This document shows, in pieces, positions 1-12,033 of a DNA stretch of 64,000 nt. The DNA is from Stegostoma tigrinum (Eukaryota), in the NCBI RefSeq assembly GCF_030684315.1, contig NC_081365.1, forward strand, positions 36,607,394 to 36,671,393. Reading direction: 5' to 3'. The notes under the pieces were generated by a model. The model was not told the origin of the DNA and made no database searches. It was given only the letters and a program-made list of their open reading frames with translations. Every line of letters begins with the position of its first letter. Positions within the stretch are counted from its first letter, which is position 1. The translations under genes and the position numbers were made by a program.

Positions 1-624
1 GTCGGGACACTTCTTCAGCAATGACCAAGTCATTTTTGAAATGTTTTTTCTTTGTCGCTGGGCAACCCAGCGACTGCGGATTTAGTCATCAGGAGTGAGT
101 AATGTCAGCGTGACCAGCACCTGGTTTATTACACAATAGCTTCTAATAAACTCTCATTTCAAACTCCAATAACGAATGTTTCACAAGTTACAGCAGCCGA
201 GGTTAAAACCCCTAAACGGAAAGATGAAGTGCCCCGAATTGCGTGTTAGTGCCTCGGTTTATGTCTCAGAGCAGCCACCGTGATAACCAAAGGAAACAGG
301 TAGCAACTAAATACTACTCTGGGGGTGGTGGAATTAGTGAATCTCCAGATGCAGGCGAACCCCTGGTGATTTGAAAGATGTTGAGTTTCTTGACACAATT
401 GAACATATAAAAAATGCTTAGTTGGTTTTATTTTTGAACGCTTGCAGCGGTGTTAGGCCAGACTGCTACAATGCTACAGGTTCATCTCCTCCCCCAAATG
501 GGTTGGCTTTTTGAGGATGAAGGCGGGCAAGTGGGCGGAGAGTCTGAGTTTTGTTACGGTCCGCAGCTGCATTGTAACACTTTGCATTACATTGTGACAA
601 GGCGGTAATATCGAGAGACTAGTA

Positions 625-699
625 ATGAGTCGACAACTGTGTGGAGGCGTTGGCTCCGAGAAAACTGCCACACCGGACATTCAGCAGATTGCTGATTCA
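625..699 (+). CDS. Type-1 cystatin (stefin; cystatin-A/B-like), coding exon 1 of 3
   Basis: ATG at 625 encodes MSRQLCGGVGSEKTATPDIQQIADS, with the conserved N-terminal GG. It is followed by a GTGAGT donor at 700, phase 0. Confidence 0.92.
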
Positions 700-1435
700 G
701 TGAGTACGACCTTTTCAGAAACCATGATTTTAATTTGAACGGTCAATGACTTATTTCAAGGCGTTCACCCAGGTTGAGGAACCAGTGGCCCAAGCAGAGA
801 GCTAACCAAATTCTCGAGAGGGAGGAAAAAGTGACAGGTCAATTTAGAGAGGATTCTACGGATACTGGAAATCTGAAGTAAGACAGAAAATAAACCAGGC
901 AAACTCGGTTGATAGGGTAGTATCTGTTTTAAACAAAAAGGACCCGAAGTGTTAATTTTCTGGAACGATCAAATGGATTTTCAATTGATAGGTTTGAACA
1001 GATTGTACGGGGGAAAATGCTCGAGTTAGTAAAAAGTAAAGTGGGTGTAGTAGTTTAAAATCAGATTGGCAGTATTTAAAACTTATTATTTCCACTTTTC
1101 TTTAAGAAAGAGAATGTGTTATTAAACTGCAGGCCTTTTCTCTACGTTAAGGTGCTGTAGGGGATTTTTAAAATTAATCTGAAATGCTGACCAGAACAGT
1201 ACAGAAGGAAAGGATGATGTTTTAATTGTATTGCAACAAATTTCTGCATTCTTGTTGTTCTATTTTTCTGTTTTAGATTTCTTGCAGATTTTCCTCACCC
1301 TAACTACTTTGAATAGGAAACGTAAGCCTCTGTTAGAGGTGAACATTAAAATTCAACTGGTGCCTACTCTCACTGGTTTTTCAACAATTGTGATTTGAGT
1401 TGGTAGAAATGAAAATCAAAAATCAAATTGTGTGT

Positions 1436-2450
1436 AAGACCACGGGAGTGGAAGTAAGGCCATTCGGCCCATCAAGTCTACTCTGCCATTTAAATCATGG
1501 CTGATGGGCATTTCAACACCACTTCCCTGCACTCTCCCCATAGCCCTTGATTCCTTGTGAGATCAAGAATTTATCAATCTCTGCCTTGAAGATATTTAAC
1601 GTCCCACTGCACTCCATGGCAATGAATTCCACAGGCCCACCACACTCTAGCTGAAGAAATGTCTTCTCATTTCCGTTTTAAATTTACCCCCTCTAAATCT
1701 AAGGCTGTGCCCACAGGTTCTAGTCTCCCCACCTAATGGAAACAACTTCCCAGTGCCCACCCTTTCTAAGCCACACGTTATCTTATAAGTTTCTATTAGG
1801 TCTCCCCTCAACCTTCTAAATTCTAATGAATACAATCCCAGGATCCTTAGCCGTTCATCATATGTTAAACCTACCATTTCAGGGATCATCCGTGTGAATC
1901 TCTGCTGGACACGCTCCAGGGCTAGTATGTCCTTCGAGGGGTAGGGCCCAAAATTAGACACTGTATTCTAAATGAGGCCTAACTAGAGCTTTATAAAGTC
2001 TCAGAAGCACATCGCTGCTTTTATATTCCAACCCTCTTGAGATAAATGAAACATTACATTCACTTTCATATGTAGACTGAAAACATCTTGTATTTTAGTG
2101 CCACTCTCAATGGCCATTCCAAAACCCTTTACCCTTGAATACATCTTGAACTCTTGAATACAGACCAAGGTCCTTAACCACTCATGATAAGCCCTTCATT
2201 CCCAGGATCATTTTTGTGAACCTCCTCTGGACCCCCTCCGAGATCAGCACATCCTTTCTTAGTTGCAGGGCCTGAAACTTCTTTCACGATATTCCAAAAG
2301 CAGTCTGACCAGAGCCTTTTACGGCCTCATCAGTAAATCCCTGTTTTTGTATTCTAGCCCCCTTGAAATGTCTTCCTAACTGCCAACTGAACCCGCATAT
2401 GTTATCCTCATGAAAATTCTAAACCAGGATTTCCAAGTCTCTCATTCAGG
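1436..2450 (-). mobile_element. CR1-type LINE 3' fragments (two adjacent pieces)
   Basis: ORF 1647-1961 has the LERVQQRFTRMIP...LYSLEFRRLRGDLIETYKI CR1 ORF2 C-terminal signature. Confidence 0.9.
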
Positions 2451-3360
2451 TTTTCTACACTTGTGCAGTCCTGACTACTTGAGCGTCTTGATTATAAATT
2501 GTTCCTTCATTGATTACTAAGCCTTCAGCTGTTAAGACCCTTTACTCTGGCCTTCCTTCCCAAAACCCTTCTGCCTTGCTACCTCTCCTTCCTCCTTGGA
2601 GACACTCTTTAAAACCCACTTCTGACTAATGTGTTTGGGTATTTGCCTTGATATTTCCTTGTTTAGTTGCCAATTGTCATTTTTAATGCTTGGAATTCTA
2701 ACCTTTTACATTACACTGTTTTAATGTAATTAAGCTATTTTGGTGAGGGAGGAAAGAAAGGAGTAAAAGATGGCCTGAAATTTAAATCTTCAAACTAACC
2801 TGTGCTTCACCTGATGAAGGGGTAGCACTTTGAAAGCTTGTGATTTCAAATAAAGCTGTTGGACTATAACCTGGTGTCCTGTGACTTGTGACCTTGCTCT
2901 GGTGCTTTTCCTTGTACTGTCTTACCCATGCCACCATTCTGGATCATCTACAGTGGTTTCTGGCATCAATATGCCATTCCAAATGCTAATTCTTCATACA
3001 TTTCATAACCTTATCCTTTGCTCAATTCCATTCAGCCCTACACTTTCCTCCTTGGAACTCTGTTTCTGAGCAGGTTTTTCCTCTGTGCCCCATATTAACC
3101 TTGCAAAAGCCTGCGACCCACACTTTGGGATTCTTTGCCTAAATTACTTGCCTTTCCTTGCCCCTCTTTTTCTTGGACCTCTTAAAATTTACCTGTTGGT
3201 TGTGACTACACTGATTTGCATGAGTGCTTTTGAGGCATCTTGAAGTCTCAAAAGCTGAACACAGATGAGCTCTTAACATTGCTGTTGTAGCTCTATTTGT
3301 GTCCAGTATGAGCCTTGAGGGCTCTTGGACATTTTTTTCACACATTAAAGATCTCTATAT
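2450..3360 (+). mobile_element. Degenerate L2-like LINE 3'-end fragments, interrupted by a Penelope-derived piece
   Basis: Two related pyrimidine-rich blocks (~2510-2700 and ~3090-3350) resemble L2 3' ends. Recognised by eye only. Confidence 0.45.
2807..2843 (+). ncRNA. Minimal type-I hammerhead ribozyme motif (Penelope-like family C)
   Basis: TCAC-CTGATGA-A-GGGGT agc ACTTT-GAAA-GC-TT-GTGA: 4-bp stem I, wobble-paired stem II and palindromic AAGCTT stem III. An AATAAA follows. Confidence 0.6.
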
Positions 3361-3403
3361 AAATACATTGTTCTATAGTCCTTTATAACTCTCTCTTTTA
3401 CAG

Positions 3404-3505
3404 ATGAAGTCTAAGATCGAAGAAAAGGCGAACAAAACATTTGATGTGTTTGTTGTAAAATCTTACAAAACTCAAATTGTATCTGGGACCAATTATTTCA
3501 TGAAA
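3404..3505 (+). CDS. Type-1 cystatin (stefin), coding exon 2 of 3
   Basis: Pyrimidine tract plus CAG acceptor. Encodes MKSKIEEKANKTFDVFVVKSYKTQIVSGTNYFMK, containing the QxVxG inhibitory loop (QIVSG). GTAAGT donor at 3506. Confidence 0.96.
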
Positions 3506-3554
3506 GTAAGTATACTTTTGCTTTAATGTTTTAGACCTGTCTTATTAGCAATAC

Positions 3555-3945
3555 TTAGCAATAGAAAGCTAGCCACCAGGATACATGAACATCAACTAGC
3601 CACAAAACGACATGATCCACTATCACTAGTATCCTTACATATAGATGAGGAGGGACAACACATCCATCCTAGGACAAGCCAAACAGAGACACGCACGAGA
3701 ATTCCTAGAAGCACAGCATTCCAACCGGAATTCCATCAACAAACACATTGGCTCCAAATCAATCTACCATCCGCTGAGGAAAAAGAACAGGAAATGACAT
3801 CACCAACCCAAGGAAACCTAAACATATAAATAGAAAGCAGGACACAACACCAGCGCTTCGGCGGAGGCTGACTGATGATGTTACCTAGTATGGTGATGAA
3901 ATGTCTGAAAACTAACCTTCCAGCTCAGCGAGCAAACTCACATCC
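3555..3945 (+). mobile_element. Penelope-like element family A, 3' fragment (GIY-YIG C-terminus plus hammerhead)
   Basis: Encodes RKLATRIHEHQLATKRHDPLSLVSLH. Hammerhead motif at 3869-3908. Flanked by AGCAATAC at 3547-3554 and 3946-3953. Confidence 0.9.
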
Positions 3946-4771
3946 AGCAATACCTTTAATACACACTCCTGTGCAGTGTGGCTAGATACTTTTGTAGCAC
4001 TCCCCCACCAACCAACTTGAATGATGATATCATTCCTACCGCAGACTGGTTTCCATACTCGGCAAACTTGTTATTAACTAGCACCTATGAGATCAGGAAT
4101 GTACTAGTTGATCGAGAGGTCCACGTAACCAATGTAAAATCCCACAAAAGTAATGAAAGTGTAATGCAGGGTTTACACCACTTATTTATTTACAGCACAA
4201 ATCACTGAAATATTAATACAAACTTTGTCTTAAAACTTACCTGCAGAGAGCCTTCCCACCTGCACCCTCAACTGACTACACAAACATCAGGGATTGCAAA
4301 AATAGGGTAAAATTCTGATATGGGAAATATAATGTTCACTGATTTATCGAGTGTCAGTACATACGGTGCTGGTTAAAACAAAGTTTGCTGTACTTGTAGA
4401 CTTTAGTTTGGTTTAACATATAGTAACTTTCCACTTGAGAAAGTGGAGGGGTGGAGGCATTTTTTAAAGTAGTTTTTATTGCTCAGTAGTTCCACATCCA
4501 ATGACTTCAAATTCATATTTGGGAAACTGGCTACAAAACTCCATTTACCGATTTGGTGGCTTATGAAACAAGGTTGGGGTAGGGGGAGTATGAGTAACTA
4601 GAATATTTGTTGTATGACAGCTGGAATGCTGCTCAGGCCTTTGACTCCCAGCTCAGGTTACTTTGTGACAAAAAAAGCATGTAAAAATGTTGATTTAATA
4701 CTTAAATTTATAGTTTTAAAAGGCATTATTGGTCTGCACTAGACTAACTTTTCTATTTTTGTATCAATTAG

Positions 4772-4900
4772 ATCCACGTCGGTGGTGATGACTACATACA
4801 TGTAAGATTATATCAAGATCTTCCTTGCAGGAATAGTGAAAGAGAAATATCTGCCGTACAGACCAACAAATTACACACTGATGAATTAGCCTATTTTTAA
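4772..4900 (+). CDS. Type-1 cystatin (stefin), coding exon 3 of 3
   Basis: TAG acceptor. Encodes IHVGGDDYIHVRLYQDLPCRNSEREISAVQTNKLHTDELAYF*, with the LP hairpin and the typical DELxYF end. The spliced protein is 101 aa. Confidence 0.96.
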   Translation: MHVGGDDYIHVRLYQDLPCRNSEREISAVQTNKLHTDELAYF

Positions 4901-5443
4901 AACACATCTTGATTTTAGTGCGCTAGGCTGGAGCAAAAGCAATTTCTCAGCTTGTGTATTCACTTGCTCACTTTCAGTGCCTCTATATCTTGGTGGGGAA
5001 AATACACTTGTATTTTTAAAATGCTAATTAAAGCTTTTCTTCTCCCCACCCTCTGAACTTCAGTGCGAATTGAGATGTTTAACAAGTAATCTGATTTCTT
5101 TCTGTTCTTTACCATAGTTTTAAGGAATGGAAAATTAGGTACAATTGTTTCAAAAGTTACAAGTACGCTTGGAAAATCAACTTAATGAACTAATCCACAA
5201 AAAGGGACAAATCCAGCAGCCAGAATGTTCATTGGTTAGCTGGTTTTGCTCCATACTAGGTTTAACTATGGAGATCCTACATGTTAGAAAAAGTGTAATG
5301 TCATTTTTTTTAACCATCTAAACTTGATGGAAAATGATTGAGTAACCTATGAACATAATGAAGACGTTTGTTTATAAATCTTGTTTACTGGAGGTTGAAA
5401 TAGGAAACAAATTCAAATATGCTTTTAAGTAATTCTGCGTTGT

Positions 5444-5453
5444 AATAAATAAA
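5444..5453 (+). promoter_or_regulatory. Candidate polyadenylation signal of the cystatin gene
   Basis: Two overlapping AATAAA hexamers (5444-5449 and 5448-5453), ~550 nt after the stop. An alternative ATTAAA lies at 5027-5032. Confidence 0.55.
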
Positions 5454-5849
5454 TATTACTCATCATACTGGAAAGCAAGTGTTGTAAATTATAATTTCTA
5501 CTTTTTCCTGAACCTAAGGGACATGTACACTTTCAGCTTGTTGACTTTTAATGTTAAAAGAAATACTTTTTTTACAAGGGACATAAAGGGAATTGAAAGG
5601 ATTGGATCAGTCATATTCCTAGCACAGCTGCTGTTCCATATCTTGAATTTAAAAACGACAGTTTTATCTTTGGATGTTAGCACAAGCATTTAAAGTCTAA
5701 TGGGAAAAAAAGCTGGAGTTAATTTTTAAAATTCAAATGCTGGTGACAGAAGGAAGTGCATCAGTCAGCTCTATTTCACATGCCCTGGGATGGCATAATT
5801 ATGCATTAGTGGTAATTTTTCTACTGATTCAGAATGTAGAACAGCTATT

Positions 5850-6030
5850 GCAGTTATTTGAGCATACTGTATGGGCAACACAGCAGCGCCACACAGTGCT
5901 GCATAGTTTTGGATGAAACCACATCTGCCCTTCTGGTTCTATGTAGTAGATCTCATGGAACTATTGAATGGATCAGGGAGTTGCCCTCGATTCGGGGTAC
6001 AAATGTTCATCTCTCAGAAGCTTCATTTTA
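5850..6030 (+). mobile_element. Degenerate SacSINE1/DeuSINE-like fragment
   Basis: Similar to the core shared with the copies at 29960, 49440 and 58270. Confidence 0.45.
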
Positions 6031-9000
6031 AAAGAACAAATTTAGATATGTAGTGACATGGTCACCTTTAACATAGGACAATTTGTATTAAGCCTCTGTT
6101 CTATTACCCTTCACCTATGAATGGGGCATAAAAATGGGTTGTGTTTACTACTGATCAAGTGACTCTTTATATTTTAAGATGAGTGCAATTATCCATTTTA
6201 AAGGTATTTTATTTCCCACCTCATCTTTTTGATAGCTGCTTAACATACAAAATGAAACTGGCCAGATTATTTAATGTTTGGATGGAGGTAGTCTTCTGAT
6301 TGCTTGCTTTGATGTTTCATTATAAAATCACTTGTTTTGAGGATCCTATCGTAAACTGTAGTCAATTGAACACATTCAATTCAACATTAAACACAAACTC
6401 ACTTCCACTTATCCTAAACCTAGAAATAGGTCAGATTTATCTAGTAGAACAACCAAAGTTCATGTGCGCAGCCTCAGTCTTTTCTTTGGAAGAAAGAAAA
6501 TATATTGGTTCATGGAGAGGGTGGAAGTGCATCTCAGCAATAAGTTCCACCAAAGCGTGAAATTACTGACATTTGTCAATGAGGAAACATTGCAAATTAT
6601 GGTCTTCCACACAACTCAGTGTTGTTCCATAACTACTGTACAGTATCATACTGGCTGTTACTTTTTTTTAACTAAGTAATACAGTCCCTTGAGTGTGTGA
6701 CCATAAAAACCCTATGGACTGGGCTTAAATGTTACAACTTTACTTGTGCAGTATTTTTCTCAACATGTTGGGAAAATTATAAAGTTACAGAAAATCATGA
6801 GAAACTCAGCAGATCATATTCTATTTGAAACATGAGCTTTGTTTTGTGTTCCACCCAGACCTGAATTTCTCTAATGCTGCATTTGTTTCAGATTTCCAGC
6901 ATCCACAGTACTTTGTTTTTAATTACAAAATCATCCCTGAGAAACATCTAATCCTTTTTTTTTTTGCTTTCTGAAATTGTAAATGCACAGTCCAACAAAG
7001 CTTACTCTGAATGTCTAGAAACTCTGAATCAAAACTAAATAAAAATTTCCACAACCACAGTTCTGGATTAAGAAATGGTTACTACTGAAAAGTGTATGAT
7101 AGGGCTTTTCTATGTGGTGAATAATTATATGTCCACCTCCAATAACAGGACCTTTATAGTGCAATTGCTGTTTGGATTTTCTCAGCAGCTGACATGACAA
7201 GTATCAAAGCGATTTTAACAAAAATTCAGACTGATAGCAATGTTGTTTGGGTGTCTGGTAAGAGACAGATGACTCTTTGGAAAAGACGTATCTAACACAT
7301 CATGTATAGTTGGTGTTACATCTATACAAACACACACACACACAACAAAAAGCACCAGTGGATTTTTATTACTAATGGGACATACTCTCCAGAAATAAAA
7401 CATTGGAACGATGTGATTTCTTCAGAAGTTAAAACTCCAGATTGCACATATCAGAACATGTCCAATATTTAAATACACATGAATAGACAGGAACAGAACC
7501 ACATTTTCTCTAGATTTAAGAACTGTTGATTCTTGAGTTCTATTTTTTAAAAAATGGAACCTTGACAAGTTCCAGTAGAATCACTGTTTCAATGGATACA
7601 GTAATACAGATAACAATGTTCCTTCAGCCAACATAGAGGCAATTCATGATTTTTGTAAGTATTACTGCAGTCAAATCGGGCAGATTTTATTGAAAAGAGC
7701 TTCTAAATGGCTTTGGCGTATAACACCCTTCCCCATCTTGTTTATCTTTAATGGAGAATACTTGAATATAACAACTCCACCACCCAACACAAGGCTAAGC
7801 AGACCATTATTGCCAATGTGACACTAGAAATTAAGGTAACTGGCAGGAATGACTGAAAAATACCTTTAGACTTTGAACCGATCACTGCTTTTTGTAAGAA
7901 AGAGCAACCAATTTGATCAGTGCCCAGGCTCAGGAGGAACTCTTGCATGGGCATTTAGGCATCAGGGAAAGGAAATAAAAAGATTCTGGTGCCCCATTCC
8001 CAATCAAACATACCACCCAGCAAGCTTTAAAGCATGCTAAATTGCTGGCAGATTTGGCCCCTCTTGTTTCTGCCCTACTGCTTGGAATAAGTAACTTGAG
8101 GACTCTTTAAATTGAACACCCGAGACAATAACCTGCACATACCAATAGTGTGTTTTGAACTGTAGATGAGGCAGTCAGTGAAACATCTGCAAAGATTCTA
8201 ATTTGACATTACTTAGTTATTCAAATGTCATTTACAATAAAGTTACAGCAAATGTTTAAATCCTGGCCTGAATGTCATAGATTCAAATACCAAACTGTAA
8301 TGTCTGAATTATGAGTTAAATTCTCAGGCTTCTATAATTGTGCAGCTTAAATCATTGGTATTTGTACTGTGCACCTACCCGATTACCAGATATAAACCTG
8401 ACCAGTCGGGTTTTGGCAGATGAGTATTTTCCTTTCACTTCAACTCGCTGAGACAGTCTGAGCGACATTGTAGCAATTCCAATTGTGATTAAATAGGAGT
8501 CCAGTTCTGAAGGGCAGTAGTTTTTTTTAAAAAAGCAAGTGCAACTTATAATTGTATAACCATAAAAACAAACAGCGAGTCTGGTATCTTATTGCAAATT
8601 AAGTTGGATTGGGCAATTTGAGGGAGATAAAACTTTAAAAAATTGTCTTGACATCCAAGTTATCTAATGATCCTACATGGGACAAAGGGAAAAACATTCT
8701 AGTAAATGAGGCTACGAAAACCTTCAGATACTTTGCTTTGCAACAACTTACATGATCTGTTCCATTGTGCAGTTTTTAAAAAAACGCTTAAACCATGCAC
8801 AAAACTGTCACAAGATATTCAAGATGGACAAGCATGTTTTTGTAAAGTTCACAGAAAGCTTACATCATACTTAGTTTGTTAGAACCATTTTTATGAGCTA
8901 TTTTAAGTGATTGCCAGAACTGCCAGTTTCCCCACAATTATAAGTCCATCAAATCCAAAACTTTTTGTTTATTATACCTATAAACGGTCCCTGAAATGGT

Positions 9001-9093
9001 CCACTGCACTTTACTCTCAACAACTATCATCTGATTCATACTTCTCAAGCCACAGGTAGGCAGGATTTGGCTTGTCGTCACAGTGCTTTCATG

Positions 9094-9144
9094 TCACAGG
9101 TTGGTTGAAGGCTTGTAATGATTTCTGCAGCGTTCCTTGAAGAC
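9094..9144 (-). CDS. MIX23: MIX23/CCDC58 coding exon 5 of 5
   Basis: AAG acceptor after a T-rich tract; encodes VFKERCRNHYKPSTNL*. The spliced protein is 144 aa with all introns in phase 0. A candidate AATAAA lies on the minus strand at 8968-8973. Confidence 0.94.
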   Translation of the reverse strand, partial: VFKERCRNHYKPSTNL

Positions 9145-9399
9145 CTTAAAAGAATAAAAAGGTTTATTTTTTTAATAACTTAAGAGCTTGAAACGATTAC
9201 TCCAGATTTCAACTCCCTCTTGTTTTCTTCTTTCACCATCCAACTTTCACAAATTAGGAGAGTTCAGAACGTGTCGTGAATTTCTTCTCATGTCTCAGGA
9301 AGTGCACAGCTCAACATGAAATAGAGTTTCACAAATTGCTAAGGTTTGAGTTCAATTGTTAGCCCACTCTGAGGTAGTTAATAAATTAGGTAAGCTGAT

Positions 9400-9930
9400 A
9401 ATAGTGCTGGTACAAATTGGCAGTGGTACTGAGTTTGGTTGTGTGGAAGGAGGTTTGGTGATCGAAAGAGAGCGTGTATATTGAGCAAGAACAGAACTGA
9501 ACCAAGCCGCATCACGTTCCATCGTCAAATAGGACTCTCTAATTCAGATCCAAGAAAGGTCACAGAACAGGAAATTGGGTGCAGTAGAGTAGGTCCAGAG
9601 TTCCAGCATGTGTTGGCAGATTCAGGGTAAGTCGAGTGGAAGTGGCGTTGTAAATGAGTGGAATGTAAATAGAGGAGCTGAATGCTGGAACTGAGGTGAA
9701 ATAAGCTACCTTCATCTTCAGGGCAGCATTCAGCCATGCACAGTACCCCATCGCTGCAAAATGGAAGACTCTCTATTGACTGCCCTCGTACTTGATACGT
9801 AGTTAAGCGTGTCAGAAAGCATCAGTGCAGCTGCAGGACATTGTTGAAAGAGTTCCACATCATCAATCTTGTCACTATTCAGCATACTTGCCAACACGGT
9901 GAAATTTCATGCATGCCCTTATAACAGGAC
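9400..9930 (-). mobile_element. Old LINE endonuclease (APE) fossil
   Basis: ORF 9560-9751 contains LNLPTHAGTLDLL, resembling the APE PT...xLDL motif. Confidence 0.4.
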
Positions 9931-9994
9931 TGATGAACTTTACATTCAGAAATAAGTGTTTTATTTAGATGGGATGGTCAGGTGGGGTAAATAC

Positions 9995-11390
9995 TTTTCA
10001 CAGCACATCAATGACACTATCGGTGCTGCTTCCCTCTCCTGTATGGAATTAGAAAAACTTATTAATTTTGCTTCCAATTTCCACCCTGCTCTCACCTTAC
10101 CCGGTCCATCTTGGATACTTCCCTTCCTCTATACCTCTGAGGATAGGTTGGCCACCAACAGCCACTACAAACCCAGTCACTCCCACAGTTACATTGACTA
10201 TGCCCTCACACCCTACTTTCTGTAAAGAATACATTCCATTCTCTCAGTTTCTCCATCTCTGTTGCAGCTGTTCTGGTGATGCCTCTTCTGCAAGGTGTCC
10301 TCAGAAATGTCTATCTTTTTCCTCCACCGAGAATTCCCTACGATTGGGGTTGACAGGGTCATTAGGTGTGTCTGCTGCCCTCACTCCTTCTCTTCCCTCC
10401 CATAACACCAAAGGGTTCCCGGGTCCTCACCTACCATCTCACCAGTCTCCACATCCAACGAATCATAAGCTATTTTTGTCACCTCCTGTGGGATGTCACC
10501 ACCAGACGCATATTCCCCTTCCCTGACTTGTCAGCTTCTGCAGGGACTATGTACTCCAGGACAACCTGGCCCACTACCCAACATCCCCCCCATAGCACCT
10601 CCTCATGCAATTGCATAAGGTGTTATATCCGCTTGTTTACCTCCTGAGCATCCAAATGCCCAGACGCCTTCCTGGTGAAGCCGCAATTTACCTGCACTTA
10701 ATTCAATCTAGTCTACTATATTTGCTGCCCACAATGTGGCGTCCTCTATGTGAGAGTTTAAACACAGACTGGGTGACCACGTTGCAGAACACTCGTGTCC
10801 TGTTCATTACAAACAAAACCCTGAGGTTCTTGTTGCCTGCCACTTCAACACACCACTGTGTTCCCAGACCAACATGTGTGTCTCAGGCTTGCAACAGTGC
10901 TCCAGTGAGGCTCTGTGCAAGCTGGAAGAGCAGCATTTCACTTTCTACATGGGGACCCTGCAGTCTTCAGAATTCAATATTGAGTTCAATAATTTGAAGG
11001 TCTGAACACCACCTTCCATGTTCTTTACCGATTCCTACACCCTGTCACAACATGGGCTGTTTTCAGCGCAGCCAACCCATTTTCACTTACTAATGGTCCT
11101 TATTATAGCTTTTTCATCTCTCTGGCTTACCACTATTTATTCCTTTGCTTGCTTAACTCTCTTCCCCCTCTGGGCTCCATCTATATCTATTGCTTACTCC
11201 TTTACCCTCTTCTCCTTCTCCATTTTCAGCATATAAGCAGTTTCCAGTTAATATCGGTTCTGAAAAGGCGTCACTGGACCTGAAATATTAACTCTGCTTT
11301 CTCTCTGTACAGAGGCGGTCAGACCTACTGCATTTCTTTAGCAATTTCTATTTTGTTTCAGATTGCCAGTTTCCTCAGTTTTTTTGTTTT
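9995..11390 (+). mobile_element. Degenerate Penelope-like retroelement (RT C-terminus, GIY-YIG region, 3' repeat with hammerhead remnant)
   Basis: Frameshifted pieces HINDTIGAAS..ELEKLINFASNFHPAL, YKPSHSHSYIDY and CKEYIPFSQFLHL match the PLE RT/thumb. A hammerhead remnant lies at 11256-11293. Confidence 0.85.
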
Positions 11391-11593
11391 ATTATGGTTG
11401 GGTAGGGTGTCTCTGATTACAATTCCATTGGAAAGGCCCCCTTCAAAAAGGTTTAAGAACCACTGATCTAGATGACAAACAAACTATTTCAAAACAGCTT
11501 ATATAACCATTCGGATGATGATTTAGTTTTCATACAATTTTACTGTTTTCCAATATAGAAATATTAACAGAAAAATGCAAGAATGGTCCTTAC

Positions 11594-11653
11594 CTTCCAA
11601 CTTCTGTCATTGACAACCTCCTCAACATTTAATTCAGACTGCATCAATTTCAA
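11594..11653 (-). CDS. MIX23: MIX23/CCDC58 coding exon 4 of 5
   Basis: TTTCAG acceptor; encodes LKLMQSELNVEEVVNDRSWK; GTAAGG donor. Confidence 0.96.
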
Positions 11654-11723
11654 CTGAAACATAGACACAAAGACAGAATGCAAATATAGAATAAGTTACA
11701 ACAGGCAGAGTGATTTATATTAT

Positions 11724-12033
11724 CATAGAATCTTACAGTGCAGGAAGCCATTTGATCCAGCAAGTCTGCACTGATCCTTTGATGAGCATCACACCCAGGC
11801 CCCACCCTTTACCCCAACACCTCGCATTTACCACACCTAACCAGCACACCCCTGGACACTATGGGGCAATTTAGCACGGCCAATCCAACTGACCCGCACA
11901 TCTTTGACTGTGGGAGGAAACTGGAGCACATGGATGAAGCACATGCAAACGTGGGGAAAGTGTGAAAACTCCACAGTATTCCAACGCTGGAATTGAACTT
12001 GAGCTCCTGGCCAATAGTACTGACCACCATGCC
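11724..12033 (-). mobile_element. HE1-like tRNA-derived SINE
   Basis: Reverse complement of the family at 27710 and 37607; ends in a GATTCTATG tail. Confidence 0.8.

Noticed and set aside
1-20. Minus-strand CTGAAGAAGTGTCCCGAC as a hammerhead 5' half
   Set aside because: It is truncated by the window edge, so the rest of the core cannot be seen.
11450-11470. hAT/Charlie-like terminus (AAGAACCACTGATCTA; similar at ~63605-63622)
   Set aside because: Only one end is visible, with no matching TIR or 8-bp TSD identified.
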